Virus record (IMG/VR): IMGVR_UViG_3300037358_000003
Location: 1-64,000 of that record
DNA from: a virus
Length of the DNA: 64,000 bases
Direction: 5' to 3' (one strand)
The notes under the pieces: generated by a model
Seen by the model: only the letters and a program-made list of their open reading frames with translations
The model's database searches: none
What the model was told of the DNA's origin: nothing
Program-made: the position numbers and the translations under genes
Shown: positions 18,745-28,870 of the stretch, piece by piece
Numbering within the stretch: the stretch's first letter is position 1
How the letters are laid out: each line of letters starts with the position of its first letter

Positions 18745-19056
18745 TCAAGTCCTAGTAGTGGACTTTTTGATAACGTCCATCAAATCATCCGTAGGTAGAA
18801 ACCATTCTCCGTGCTGGCGACTGTCCGCAAACTTTTGATGCAAACGTGCTTCGGTGATAGGTCCACCTAGAATGCGTCCTAGCAAAACACACGGCCCAGC
18901 GCCAGTTTGGATGCTAGTGATTCGATCTGTGATGTTGGTCGTGGTGCCGATCTTGATAAACCCATCAATATCTCGTTGCAAGAAATAAACCATCGGTTCA
19001 TGATTCTTGCTCCGCGATTTAGGTTGACGGGACTCGATCTCCAAAGCTTCATTCAT
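18745..19056 (-). CDS. T5orf172-type GIY-YIG-like protein
   Basis: VYFLQ..IKIGTT..R..LHQKF..GEWF. Confidence 0.85.
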   Translation of the reverse strand: MNEALEIESRQPKSRSKNHEPMVYFLQRDIDGFIKIGTTTNITDRITSIQTGAGPCVLLGRILGGPITEARLHQKFADSRQHGEWFLPTDDLMDVIKKSTTRT

Positions 19057-19084
19057 ACCGCCTTCTTGCATCCACACAGACAGA

Positions 19085-19591
19085 TCACGCATCGGCTTCC
19101 TCAGCCTCCTTCTGCACCCTGGATGCCTTTGTGGCATTGATAAACACAGTTCGATCTGGGCGTCCGGCCCTCACGAATCGTTGATAGCATTTATCGTCAA
19201 ATCCACTGACCACGCGTGTGAGGCACGGATCGCCACATGCCAGACAGTCGGGCACTGTACGTTGAGCACGAGCAACCACATCGACGGCAGACAGATCACG
19301 AATCCACTTCGCCATAGTCAACCATTGATTTATTGAGGTAGCCATCTTGGTAATCGTCTTACCGATGTCTTCGCTACGCTCCGACCAACACGCCTCTTCG
19401 CCAGTCGGATCACTGGTGTATGGCGGTGGAGTGCCTTCCATCTCACCCAACTCGCCCTTCAGGTGAAGGCGTTGACCAGACGTAAAGTGGTCACGCAATA
19501 TCACATGACTTGCGTCTTCTTCAAAATCTTGGATAGTCGCTACCAGTTCTTGAAGGTCTTTAATGGCCTTGTTTTGTTGAGAACGATTCAC
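19085..19591 (-). CDS. Hypothetical protein with Cys motif
   Basis: CLACG..C..KCYQRF..GRPD. Confidence 0.55.
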   Translation of the reverse strand: MNRSQQNKAIKDLQELVATIQDFEEDASHVILRDHFTSGQRLHLKGELGEMEGTPPPYTSDPTGEEACWSERSEDIGKTITKMATSINQWLTMAKWIRDLSAVDVVARAQRTVPDCLACGDPCLTRVVSGFDDKCYQRFVRAGRPDRTVFINATKASRVQKEAEEADA

Positions 19592-19603
19592 GGTATCAAC
19601 AAA

Positions 19604-19840
19604 CTACACCGATGAAACTTCCCCGTCAACCTTTGCCAACGGACCCCATCCATCGTTGCTATCGCTTCGCTCATAAATACGCTTCCCCCTAGTCACTCGC
19701 ACATCCGTGAACTTCAATCCAAGCATCTGTGCCAAGCTGCGCCCAATGTCGTCTGGATGCTTGGACAGCTTTCCCCAAGTCTTTATTCGCACGTTGTAGG
19801 TGAGATCCAAATCCTGCTCTTGGTCAGCTTTCTTTACCAT
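19604..19840 (-). CDS. Hypothetical protein
   Basis: Abuts the helicase stop codon. Confidence 0.5.
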   Translation of the reverse strand: MVKKADQEQDLDLTYNVRIKTWGKLSKHPDDIGRSLAQMLGLKFTDVRVTRGKRIYERSDSNDGWGPLAKVDGEVSSV

Positions 19841-21070
19841 TTATCTCCATTCCCCCACGAAGGGCCACTTTGACCCACTCACACTTCCGCGCTCAATATG
19901 TGTCGGCCAGTCCGTATGCGTACGGCTCCCCTTCCAATGCTTGAGATTAAACGAGTCATAGCAATCTTCCTCGGTCGGTTCCAACCCGATTCCAATGTCC
20001 AGCCACCTGCGCCACATGGATGACCCGTACGGTCGCAACGGTCGTTTACCGTGACTGTCCGCTTGTGGCATGTGATCCTCCAGCATCAGCGCAAAATCGT
20101 ACCGCACCATCAACCGTTTCAGCGTGCGTTGCACCTCAAGTGCTGGACCTTCCCATGACTCGCCCGGCTTATTCTCGTACGCGCAGTACATCGGGCCGAG
20201 ACATACCAAGTCTGGACGCCGCGTCTTGATGACATTCTCCAATGCAGCGACATCAGCACGGTTACGCAGATTGATGCCAGCAGGCTTCCACCACAGACGA
20301 TTGACAGTTTCGGATTGCGGATTGAAATCGGTCACTTTGCGCAGGATCATCTCAAACGTCTCAAACAACGCATCCTCTGGATTCTCAAGGTCCACGATGA
20401 GCGTACGGATCGGCTTCACACGATCGTGTCGAAACGGTTGTATGCCGTACGCTGCACATACAGCGATAAACCTTAAAGCGACCGACTTTCCGGAACCTTC
20501 CGGCGCGATTAACATGAGCTTATGTTGGCGCCGGATCAGTCCATGAATGACCCACTTGGCAACGCTCTCGCGTTCTCGTTGCATGAACTCTTCGACGGAC
20601 ACGTCATCAGGCTCGCTATCAACGATCGCTGCGCCCATTTCAGCCACCACTGCCTGATGTGTCTCAAGTACATCGTGGGCGCTATAGGTCACGTTGTACG
20701 CCTGTTCAACCCATTCCTGACCCTCAGTGACCATACGGCGCCGCAGAGCGTGCTCCATGATGATATCGGCATAATGACGACCGTTGGCAATCGACGGAGT
20801 GTTGGCTTGTAGCGAAATGAAGATTGACGGATCGCCAATCATGTCCAGCAATCCCTGACCTTGAATTTCATCCATGACGGTTACAGCATCAATGCCACCA
20901 CCCTTTGCACGTAAACGAGTAATCGCATCATAAATGATGGCATACGATGGTTTGTAGAAGTCTGACGCTAGTACGGATTCACTAACAACATCAATAACGT
21001 TGGCGCTTAACAGCATGGCGCCTAGCAATGACTCTTCAGCTTCTAGGTCATGTGGCGGCTGCCTAGCCAT
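19841..21070 (-). CDS. DnaB-like replicative helicase (DnaB N-domain + RepA/AAA_25-type ATPase)
   Basis: PPHDLEAEESLLGAMLL; Walker A APEGSGKS; IVDLEN; YGSS. Confidence 0.88.
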   Translation of the reverse strand: MARQPPHDLEAEESLLGAMLLSANVIDVVSESVLASDFYKPSYAIIYDAITRLRAKGGGIDAVTVMDEIQGQGLLDMIGDPSIFISLQANTPSIANGRHYADIIMEHALRRRMVTEGQEWVEQAYNVTYSAHDVLETHQAVVAEMGAAIVDSEPDDVSVEEFMQRERESVAKWVIHGLIRRQHKLMLIAPEGSGKSVALRFIAVCAAYGIQPFRHDRVKPIRTLIVDLENPEDALFETFEMILRKVTDFNPQSETVNRLWWKPAGINLRNRADVAALENVIKTRRPDLVCLGPMYCAYENKPGESWEGPALEVQRTLKRLMVRYDFALMLEDHMPQADSHGKRPLRPYGSSMWRRWLDIGIGLEPTEEDCYDSFNLKHWKGSRTHTDWPTHIERGSVSGSKWPFVGEWR

Positions 21071-21920
21071 CTAGTTCGACTTTACCTTCACTAAACTGCG
21101 CATAGAATGCTTCACGTTCCTCTTCTGTTTTGAACATCGGCCTAGCATGATCCGCAGACTTGCTAGTGCTAGTTGATGATACGCCGCGTTCGCTATCCCA
21201 ACCAACACGCTTACGAATCCAGGTTTGCCATGCTCTATCCCAATCGACAAACCTAGAACCGCGGCTAGCGTGGTGGTCTAGAAATAGTTGGGTTTGATTC
21301 TCTAAGTCCAATCCGTCGAACTTGTTTTTAATCGCCCATTCTTTTAAGTGTGGGGTGACCTCAAATGACTCAGGCGTTGCGGTCCCCAACTTTTTGCGGC
21401 GCGCACCACTAGATTCTTCTGTCTCTGTCTCTGTCTCTGTCTCTGTCTCTGTCTCTGTGTTCAACGGTTTGGCAAGCACTTGCTTCGTGTTTGCTTCAAG
21501 CACTTGCTTCGGTTTTGCTTCGTTTTTGCTTCCCTGACGCCGTGACCTGCCACTATGTAGGCCGCCGATTCGTCCAGCCTCGACCTTCTTGCGGTACGAC
21601 TCTTCGATTTCGTCGGCAGTCTGATTCCATTCTGACCAACTTGGTACCGTCATCCATCCGTGAATGTCGTCGGGCGCGTCGATCAATCCGACACCCATAA
21701 GTTCGTGAATCATGTCCACAATGTCGTGATCTTCGTCGGCCAAATCGCCGCCAGCCTGTCGAATCTGACGCAATGAGAGCACGCCATCGGTCATCATTCG
21801 CTTGCATGTGCAAAGGCATCGGACGTACAAAAGTTCCGCTAGCGGACTGATGTCGGCAACCTTAGCATCTTGGTAGTAGTTGATGTCTAGTTGTAGATAG
21901 ATACGCCCCGCTTTAGCCAT
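21063..21920 (-). CDS. Phage replication initiator protein
   Basis: N-terminal wHTH-like region, (TE)n linker and FLDHH..DWDRAWQTWI C-domain; upstream of helicase. Confidence 0.75.
   Translation of the reverse strand: MAKAGRIYLQLDINYYQDAKVADISPLAELLYVRCLCTCKRMMTDGVLSLRQIRQAGGDLADEDHDIVDMIHELMGVGLIDAPDDIHGWMTVPSWSEWNQTADEIEESYRKKVEAGRIGGLHSGRSRRQGSKNEAKPKQVLEANTKQVLAKPLNTETETETETETETEESSGARRKKLGTATPESFEVTPHLKEWAIKNKFDGLDLENQTQLFLDHHASRGSRFVDWDRAWQTWIRKRVGWDSERGVSSTSTSKSADHARPMFKTEEEREAFYAQFSEGKVELDG
21418..21458. repeat. Hexanucleotide tandem repeat (TCTGTC)x~7 encoding poly-TE
   Basis: Read directly. Confidence 0.9.
21473..21532. repeat. Iteron-like TTGCTTC repeats (candidate origin)
   Basis: TTGCTTC at 21480, 21491, 21504, 21515, 21526. 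Confidence 0.55.
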
Positions 21921-22030
21921 TCAGATCCTTATCTTTGCAACGTATCCGTACTCTTTTGCGCTAGCCACTATGCGCTCAACAAAGTGACGATAGGCGCTAG
22001 ATTCGCCAGCGAACTCGGGCCACTCACGGC

Positions 22031-22345
22031 TTAGGCACTAGCAGACCTGGCTATCCACGACTGTTGCGTAGAGCGTTGCATACGCCGCCAAAACAATCGA
22101 CGCTCGTTAGCCGTCAAACCACCATACACGCCCAGCCAATCGCTAAACGCATTGGACCGATCAAACGGTAGCTCGTACTCCAGGCATTCCTGCACGACCG
22201 GACACTGAGCGCACACGGATTTCGCCTCAGCAATGATCTGACGGTCCATGCTGTGAAACATGTCAGGATCTAGTCCACCGCACGCTGCTCGCCGCTTCCA
22301 TGCGCCCGGATCGTCTCTGGTGTCGATTGGTGCGTCCATTTCCAT
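22031..22345 (-). CDS. whiB: WhiB-family transcription factor
   Basis: AAC..DPDMF..AKSVCAQCPVVQECLEY..GVYGG. Confidence 0.92.
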   Translation of the reverse strand: MEMDAPIDTRDDPGAWKRRAACGGLDPDMFHSMDRQIIAEAKSVCAQCPVVQECLEYELPFDRSNAFSDWLGVYGGLTANERRLFWRRMQRSTQQSWIARSASA

Positions 22346-22432
22346 TCCTCCATATCAAAATGACTGACCGGTAGTCGGCAAACAAGGCAGTGAATACGTC
22401 CGCTGCGTTCCCATTCTGGCTCTACTTCGTGG

Positions 22433-22765
22433 TCACTGTCTGTCACGTAGCATCTCGCATAGTTGTTCCAACGTCATGACGGCGTACGCTTCGCTGGTTG
22501 ACTTGTTGCGACGCTTCACAATCAAGAATCCGTACCGTGTCTGAGCGTTCTCGATCTCTTGCTTCAACTCGTCCACGCCTCCAGCCAAGTCGATAGCTTT
22601 GGTCGCCTTAGCCTCCCACGTGTACGGTCCAGCGTTGATGATGTCGCCCTTGTCAGTACCGCCAGCAAGTGCCCGACGTTCGGCTTCAGGCCATCCTTGC
22701 ATCTTCAGAAAGTTGACGACATCAGTCTCAAAACGTGTGCCCTTAATCTTCGGTCTATTGACCAA
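22433..22765 (-). CDS. Holliday junction resolvase (PD-(D/E)XK)
   Basis: KGTRFE..ERRALAGGTDKGDI..WEAK. Confidence 0.8.
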   Translation of the reverse strand: MVNRPKIKGTRFETDVVNFLKMQGWPEAERRALAGGTDKGDIINAGPYTWEAKATKAIDLAGGVDELKQEIENAQTRYGFLIVKRRNKSTSEAYAVMTLEQLCEMLRDRQ

Positions 22766-22955
22766 CGTGACGCCTCCGGTCAGCGGTATGTCCGTTGTGC
22801 CAGCGTCCACAATGCGGACACCGATACGTGGTTAATTTACCGCCGCCATGTTCTGCCATCGCACGCTTGGCGTACTTCTTGGCATCATGCGAATTGTCGT
22901 AAGAGCACTTGCCTTGGCATTGTCGCTCGGCGTCCGCAACGTATGATGCGCTCAC
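22755..22955 (-). CDS. Small Zn-finger protein
   Basis: CQGK..YRCPHCGRWH. Confidence 0.6.
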   Translation of the reverse strand: MSASYVADAERQCQGKCSYDNSHDAKKYAKRAMAEHGGGKLTTYRCPHCGRWHNGHTADRRRHVGQ

Positions 22956-23305
22956 TGCGTCTTCAGTGTTTCAGACCAGTAGCCCTGACAGTTGAACATG
23001 ATGCCGCCAAGTGCATCCGCAATCGTCACTTGTTCACCCGATTCTGGCCGCGTCGCTTCGTGGCCTTCGTGGATCATCCATAGATCCATAACGTGTCGCA
23101 ACATGGAACTGACGTAAGAGTCCAACGGTATGCCGTTCTTCCAGTTTCCACCTGATCGCATTGATCCGTCAGGAAGCTGGCGGCAAGAGTGCATGTACGC
23201 AGAGAACGCTGTCAGTACCGCAGGATCAAAGAACCCCGCATAGTCGTACTTGTCATCGTCAACGTCGCGGTTGGCACCACTATCGAACTGCCGGACCTTG
23301 GACAA
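22952..23305 (-). CDS. Putative dNTP diphosphohydrolase (DUF5664-like)
   Basis: RQFDSGANRD..NWKNGIP..SMLRH..IMFN. Confidence 0.65.
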   Translation of the reverse strand: MSKVRQFDSGANRDVDDDKYDYAGFFDPAVLTAFSAYMHSCRQLPDGSMRSGGNWKNGIPLDSYVSSMLRHVMDLWMIHEGHEATRPESGEQVTIADALGGIMFNCQGYWSETLKTQ

Positions 23306-23524
23306 CGTAACCTCGGGCTTTCATAATCTCGCTGTAACTGAATGTGTCTATGCGCTCGCCACGATCACCCATCCGACCATGAGTGCCCCAACCCTTCGGT
23401 TTCCTGTTCTTCTCTTTGCGTGCTAGGTCAGCAATCTTGCGGCACGTCATACAGCGCCGACCACCGTCCTTTTCGATTCTCCAGTCGGCGTGGCCTTTGC
23501 TGCACTTCGTGGACGTGCCAGCCA

Positions 23525-23881
23525 TTAGATGACCGGCGTGTATCCGGTGGCCCAAACGATGACCTCGTTCTCATCGTAGAACACTTGGATACCGTTGTGC
23601 TCAGCGAAGTCCACCTCATCATCAGCACCAACACTTTGACCTGGCATACGCAATAGAGCGTCGCAACGGACGAGGAACGCGAGATCGAAATCGTACCAGA
23701 ATTCATTTGAATGTTGGTGAAGAAAGTCCCACAACATGTTCAAATGAGGTACGCACGCAGTGATCAATCCCGTCTGTTCAAGACGCTCAGCGACATTGAT
23801 GGCATTGTGCGTATTACCGACAGCTTCGCCGCTGTATGGGCCAGCGATATACACCAAAGGTCTTTCAATGTGTGCCTTCAT
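23525..23881 (-). CDS. Nucleoside deoxyribosyltransferase-like (DUF4406-type) protein
   Basis: VYIAGPY..PH..RCDALL..SVGADDE. Confidence 0.7.
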   Translation of the reverse strand: MKAHIERPLVYIAGPYSGEAVGNTHNAINVAERLEQTGLITACVPHLNMLWDFLHQHSNEFWYDFDLAFLVRCDALLRMPGQSVGADDEVDFAEHNGIQVFYDENEVIVWATGYTPVI

Positions 23882-24136
23882 TCATTCCCTCTCCATGAAT
23901 ACATCGCCGTTCTGAGCCTGCTTTTTGCGTTCGTACGGTGTAACGATACGAGCGTATACCTCCTGCAAACAGCACTCCAGCACGCCAACGGCACTATTGA
24001 GTCGATCATAGTCGGGAACCAGTCCCACGAATTGGTCAACCAGGTCGCTGACGATAAAGTTCAACTCTCCAGTTGTGATACCTGGCGGTAACGTATATGC
24101 GATCTCCGCACGTCGCAACGGCTCGATGTATGGCAC
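23882..24136 (-). CDS. Conserved phage hypothetical protein
   Basis: MPYI..GELNF..PYE..K..NGDV pattern. Confidence 0.65.
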   Translation of the reverse strand: MPYIEPLRRAEIAYTLPPGITTGELNFIVSDLVDQFVGLVPDYDRLNSAVGVLECCLQEVYARIVTPYERKKQAQNGDVFMERE

Positions 24137-24137
24137 G

Positions 24138-24497
24138 TTACGACTTCTGCGTGCGAGTCACCACCGCTGTCGCCCACTTCAAGTCAGGCCCGATTGCGTC
24201 AGCTATGACCTCAATTTTGTTGCGGCGCTCGCCATCCTTCTCCCACGACTGGTAGTTCAACCGCCCGGTGACAACGACGCGTGTGCCCTTCATGATCGTC
24301 TCTGCCACGTTCTCTGCAAACTCACCGAACGACTTGACCTCGTAGAACTGCGGATCTCCGTCAACCCACTCACCGTTGACTTGCTTGCGACTGTTGATCG
24401 CCAAGCCAAAGCTGGTGATGGCTGTACCCTGAGCGGAGAAAGAAAGGTCTCCGTCACGGGTTGCGTTGCCCACGAGTGTCACATGATTTTCGGCCAC
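24138..24497 (-). CDS. ssb: Single-stranded DNA-binding protein (no acidic tail)
   Basis: VTLVGNATRD..AENVAET..KGTRVVVTGRL..IGPDLKWATA (actinobacterial type). Confidence 0.92.
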   Translation of the reverse strand: MAENHVTLVGNATRDGDLSFSAQGTAITSFGLAINSRKQVNGEWVDGDPQFYEVKSFGEFAENVAETIMKGTRVVVTGRLNYQSWEKDGERRNKIEVIADAIGPDLKWATAVVTRTQKS

Positions 24498-25222
24498 TAG
24501 AACGGCTCCATTCCTGGTTCGTATTCTGGTTCATTGGTTTGTTTCGGTGATGCGATTGCTTGTTCCTTGGCTGTCTTCTTCAGTAGCGTCACGTCCTCGT
24601 CTGTCAGCATTGTGAATGACTCAACGTCACGTCCGAGAATCACGCCAGCCCACTTGTGTCGGTCGGCATCATCCGTGGGCACGATACTTTTACCGTCCCT
24701 GCCTTTGATCGCAAATAGGCCAGCGAGATTGGGTCCAGCGTCGTCGGTTACCGCAGGCTTTGCTTCAGCCTTCGGTGCCGCACGCTTTGTAGTTGTACCG
24801 GTTGCTTTGGCTGTGGCCGGTTGTGCCGACACTGACGCACTGTTGCCGTCATCATCGTCGTCTGCCACCAGTCCGAGAATCGCCATGTACGAGTACCGAC
24901 GCGCATAGGTGGTGGCACTCCCCATTCCCTGCGAATCCTTCTTGGTCAAGTACAACCGCATCATGTCTTCAATCCACTGGCCGCTTTCGTGCAGCAGTCG
25001 AGTGGTCAGCGTGTCGTCATCCTGAAAGTAGCCAAGCGTCTGCACGATGGACAGTCCGTTGGCAGCAAGGATCGGTGCAGCAGCTTTCACAACGGCTGGC
25101 AGGTCTGCGTACTTGCTCTTGAAGAATGGGTTGTTCGCATCCTTCGGCACCGACTCAAACTCGCCTTGCGCTTTCGATAACGCCTTCGCCAGTTCTGCGA
25201 TCTCCGCTGAAGTGTCCATCAT
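24497..25222 (-). CDS. erf: ERF-family ssDNA annealing protein
   Basis: NPFFKSKYADL; GSATTYARRYSY; DDDGN. Confidence 0.92.
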   Translation of the reverse strand: MMDTSAEIAELAKALSKAQGEFESVPKDANNPFFKSKYADLPAVVKAAAPILAANGLSIVQTLGYFQDDDTLTTRLLHESGQWIEDMMRLYLTKKDSQGMGSATTYARRYSYMAILGLVADDDDDGNSASVSAQPATAKATGTTTKRAAPKAEAKPAVTDDAGPNLAGLFAIKGRDGKSIVPTDDADRHKWAGVILGRDVESFTMLTDEDVTLLKKTAKEQAIASPKQTNEPEYEPGMEPF

Positions 25223-25923
25223 CGTCCCATCGCCTCTTTCTTGAGTGCCTTCATGGTATCAGTCCTCGTCCACTTGTACGCCTGCAACAGCGCACAGAAT
25301 ACCTCAAACGTATCACCATCGGCGGGATAGCGGTCCAAGTTGTACGTTCCGTCCTCTTTCACGTATAAACACCCGCACCAGTCGATCGGTGGCATTCGTC
25401 GCAACTCAGTGAGATTGCCGTCATTGTCATAGCTCGCCATGCCGTCAGCGAAGCGATACGCAGACAGTTGGAGCGCATGTTCAGCCGGGTATGCGCTGCC
25501 TGTCTTTAGATCAATGAGTGCCGTCTCGGCGTTGATCTCAGCAATCAAGTCGAACCGCCCGCCGTAGCCAAGATTGGACAGCACGATCTCTTCCTGTGCG
25601 ATGACCTTCGTGTTGTAGTCGAGAATGAACTTTTCTAGCGCATCCACGAATCCCTTTTCATCGTCGGCCTGGTCGATGTCCTCGCCACGCAGAAACGATT
25701 CCAGGTGACCATGCACTCTGGTCCCACGATCCGCTTTCGCCTTCCAGACCTCTCGATAGTTCAATCCCTGGTCGCGCAGTTTCATGGCGGCACCAGCGAA
25801 CGCGCCGGACTTGCCATCATCCATCAGTCCAGAGATGGCTGTCACGTTGATGGCGATCTCGCCAGACGGGAGGCGATACTTGTGCTTCTCCGCTAGTTGA
25901 CGGTCTGTGTCACCTTTTGCCAT
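25219..25923 (-). CDS. PD-(D/E)XK exonuclease
   Basis: RGTRVH..YGGRFD..IDLKTG..QLSAY. Confidence 0.85.
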   Translation of the reverse strand: MAKGDTDRQLAEKHKYRLPSGEIAINVTAISGLMDDGKSGAFAGAAMKLRDQGLNYREVWKAKADRGTRVHGHLESFLRGEDIDQADDEKGFVDALEKFILDYNTKVIAQEEIVLSNLGYGGRFDLIAEINAETALIDLKTGSAYPAEHALQLSAYRFADGMASYDNDGNLTELRRMPPIDWCGCLYVKEDGTYNLDRYPADGDTFEVFCALLQAYKWTRTDTMKALKKEAMGR

Positions 25924-26663
25924 GTTGTCCCTTCGGTTCGATTGCCCTCCGCCAAGCGTAGTCGTCCAGCTGCCGGATTTCGCGCACGGTATATCTGGTG
26001 ATGACGTTGAGCTTGTCGGTGAAGAACGCGAGCGCGGCCCAGTGTTTGTGATGGACCTCTTCTGCCCACTTCTTGCCGAACAAACTCACTCGTCGTCCTC
26101 GGCCATGCAGCGGTCGGCGTCAATGCACGCGTTATGAGATTCCTTGAGCGTTCCCAATTCCGCCAAAAACGCGCACCAGTCGGAATGGTCTGGGTACTTG
26201 TAGCCGCTCGTTGTCATTGCGCTCCTGTCATCGTTCGTTTACACAAAGTGGGCATCGTCAGCCGGAAGTTCCTCGTAGTCGCCGTCCCACTCGCCACCCG
26301 AAATCTTGTTGAGATACGCAGCGAACGCGGTGGGCAGTTCCTCATCCTTGATTCCGAACTCTTCGCAATAGTCATCGAAACTCTGCATGCTATGCCTCCT
26401 GTGGACAACTAGGTTGAAATCTGTTGCTTTCGGCCATCACCATTCCTCATACGGTTTCGTCGTGCAGCCGATGCCATTCTGGCAGATACACGGATCGTCA
26501 GTGCACTCCGGCTCCAGTAACGATTTGGCACGAATCGTCAGTTGCATGTTGAATTCGTCGCACAGCAGTTGGAATATGCTCCACAGCGTGTCGTGTGTCC
26601 GCTGATAACTCTCGCGTTCTTGTTCCAACTCGGATGTCAGTAGCTTGATCTGCTTGCGTTTAT

Positions 26664-27161
26664 TCATGTTGGCACTTGTTCATGGTTTCCGTGAACTTCT
26701 GCATACTTGGCTCGCAGATTCTTGCTGACCCGCTGGAAAGTGATACCCTCAGAATCAGCCCACTCTCGCACTGTCTGATCGTCCACCATTGGTGCCTCAG
26801 ATGGCGCAGGAGCCGTTGGAACATCTGCGGGCGGCAACGATACCTCCGAATTAGCAGGGCTAATCTCAGGCGCTTCATGGGCGATTCGGTACTGCTCTTT
26901 CAGCGCCCTGGTTATGTGCCCACCCGGTTTAATCACGATGCCGACACGCATGCACCAGTTTCGGACGGTCGCATTATGCAGATCGTCCTCAGATTTGGGC
27001 TTGCGATCAGGTGCGATCTCCTTGGCACCCTCTACGATCATGACCATCGCTTGCCGATGAGCTTCCTGCAATAACTCGATGCCACGCCGATACGATCTAT
27101 TGCTGTCCTGAATGGACCTGCACTCGGTGAATAAGTCCATGAGGTCGGCGGTCGTGGTCAT
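26664..27161 (-). CDS. Protein with two Lsr2-like DNA-binding domains
   Basis: NATVRNWCMRVGIVIKPGGHITRALKEQY and DQTVREWADSEGITFQRVSKNLRAKY. Confidence 0.7.
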   Translation of the reverse strand: MTTTADLMDLFTECRSIQDSNRSYRRGIELLQEAHRQAMVMIVEGAKEIAPDRKPKSEDDLHNATVRNWCMRVGIVIKPGGHITRALKEQYRIAHEAPEISPANSEVSLPPADVPTAPAPSEAPMVDDQTVREWADSEGITFQRVSKNLRAKYAEVHGNHEQVPT

Positions 27162-27172
27162 TGGGCGGGATC

Positions 27173-27787
27173 TTACAGAGAATCGTCGCCAGAGTCAAGG
27201 TCTTGATCGACTGAATCGTTCTTGCTGACATTGCAACCGAGATGACTGGCTTGCACGTTGGCCCTGATGTGGTCCCCACCTTTTGAGATGGGAATAATAT
27301 GATCGAGCGATACGGAAAGCATGTCGTGTCTTCCGTTTGGAAGATCCCTGCGTCGATCTGGATCAATTGGCTCCTGACAGATACCACAGATCCACTGATC
27401 ACGGTCAAAGATTTCTGTGTGGGTAAAATTTTCTACAATACCACCAGCCTTTTGTGCACTACGTTTGGCGTTGCTCGCCCTGGCGTAAGCTCGTCTCTTC
27501 TCAAGATTGGCAGCTACCCATGCCCTATTGCGCTCTCGCTCTGACGGACGAGCCGCCTTGCGCTCCTCCCTGGCTGCGGCTTCGATCAAACGCTGCGGAT
27601 CATTGGCATATCGGTCTCTGTGATATTGTCTGCTTTTCTCAACATCTCTATAATAATCTGCCTGTTGGCGCGCCCTCACCTTATCTGGATTGGCGGCGTT
27701 CCACTCTTTCTGATATTGTGCATTAATGGCCCGTTCTTCTGCGTTCTTGGGCTTGTTGATTTTTCTGGGTTGGTTTGATTCAGTCAT
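27173..27787 (-). CDS. HNH endonuclease
   Basis: RDQWICGIC..SLDHIIPISKGGDH..NVQASHLGCN. Confidence 0.9.
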   Translation of the reverse strand: MTESNQPRKINKPKNAEERAINAQYQKEWNAANPDKVRARQQADYYRDVEKSRQYHRDRYANDPQRLIEAAAREERKAARPSERERNRAWVAANLEKRRAYARASNAKRSAQKAGGIVENFTHTEIFDRDQWICGICQEPIDPDRRRDLPNGRHDMLSVSLDHIIPISKGGDHIRANVQASHLGCNVSKNDSVDQDLDSGDDSL

Positions 27788-27824
27788 TTTGTAACCCTTC
27801 AGTGTAGCAGGAAAAAAGAAATGG

Positions 27825-27853
27825 TTGACAATGGTAGCGCCATGTGGTTCAAT
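27825..27853 (+). promoter_or_regulatory. Sigma70-type promoter at the strand switch
   Basis: TTGACA-17-TTCAAT-7-ATG(27861). Confidence 0.55.
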
Positions 27854-28166
27854 CTCAACCATGTTCGATTGCCAAGCCCGTGCGGCGGGTGAGAAAGAGT
27901 GCGACTACGCCACGCCGGACGAGATTCGTGACTACTGGCTCGCACGCTGTCGTGAGGTCATTGACGAAGCCACGAAGGCGAAAGCGTTGTTGCTGGCCGA
28001 ATTGAGGCGACATGGAGCTGCCTGACACGTGGGAAGAACTCGACATGCGCTATCTGGCGAGTAAAGATCCGAAGCACCCGGCGAACTGTCTGTGCATGTT
28101 TTGTGTGCAGATCAGTCATCCGTGCGGCAACCCAAGATGCACCGATCCAGACTGTCTAGTGATTGA

Positions 28167-28541
28167 TTGGAAGAAGTAATGATCGAAATCGACCGATACG
28201 ACGCCATGCTTGTCGCAGACGGTGCTGCCCATATGGACGCACAGGTTCCTGGTTGGGAACGGCATGTGGACGTGTCGAAAATCGACATGGCGTCTGGCTG
28301 TCAATGTGTGCTTGGTCAGGTGGGACAAGTCATCATGGAAAAGCAACGTGCGGTCTGGTTGAGTGATCATTGCATGCAGATGCCAGATGGGGAGATCAGT
28401 ACCCCGTGGTCATGGATGAAGACCCACTTTGACTTTGACATCGTGGGTGCATTTTCATCGACCAGCGTACACGACGCATGGGTGGCGCTCATTAAAGAGC
28501 GGTTCGATTCCGGCATCCTCTCAGACGCAAATTACGACTGA
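28167..28541 (+). CDS. Hypothetical protein
   Basis: GA..MD..PGW..IDM..CVLGQ pattern; ends at a junction site. Confidence 0.6.
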   Translation: MEEVMIEIDRYDAMLVADGAAHMDAQVPGWERHVDVSKIDMASGCQCVLGQVGQVIMEKQRAVWLSDHCMQMPDGEISTPWSWMKTHFDFDIVGAFSSTSVHDAWVALIKERFDSGILSDANYD

Positions 28542-28870
28542 TGGGCGAAAGTTGTGGTTTACGACATGAATGAGGAAGTTTACGACTGGTTCAGGGTGTC
28601 CACCGATGGCACTCGTCCGAACATTTGGTGCGGACATTGCGGCCCGACAGTCGATCTAGGTGACCTTGCGATTTGGGAAGCGTGCATGGGTCATTTGTAC
28701 ATCTATCCCGGCAACCGCTGGTATTCCCGAGTGCTTGGAGATGACGTGCATGTGTGCGCCGATCCCGGCCCGTTGTGGGAGTTGGATGAGTTCGGTGCTC
28801 TGTATCAGGTAGGTGCATCAATGGGTCCGAATATCGTGGGGAATTTACGACAAGAGTTAGCAGGTATCTA

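Noticed and set aside
22952-24136. Z-base or other base-substitution pathway
   Set aside because: Only a putative dNTP hydrolase and an NDT-like gene; no PurZ, deazaguanine genes or DNA polymerase in the window.
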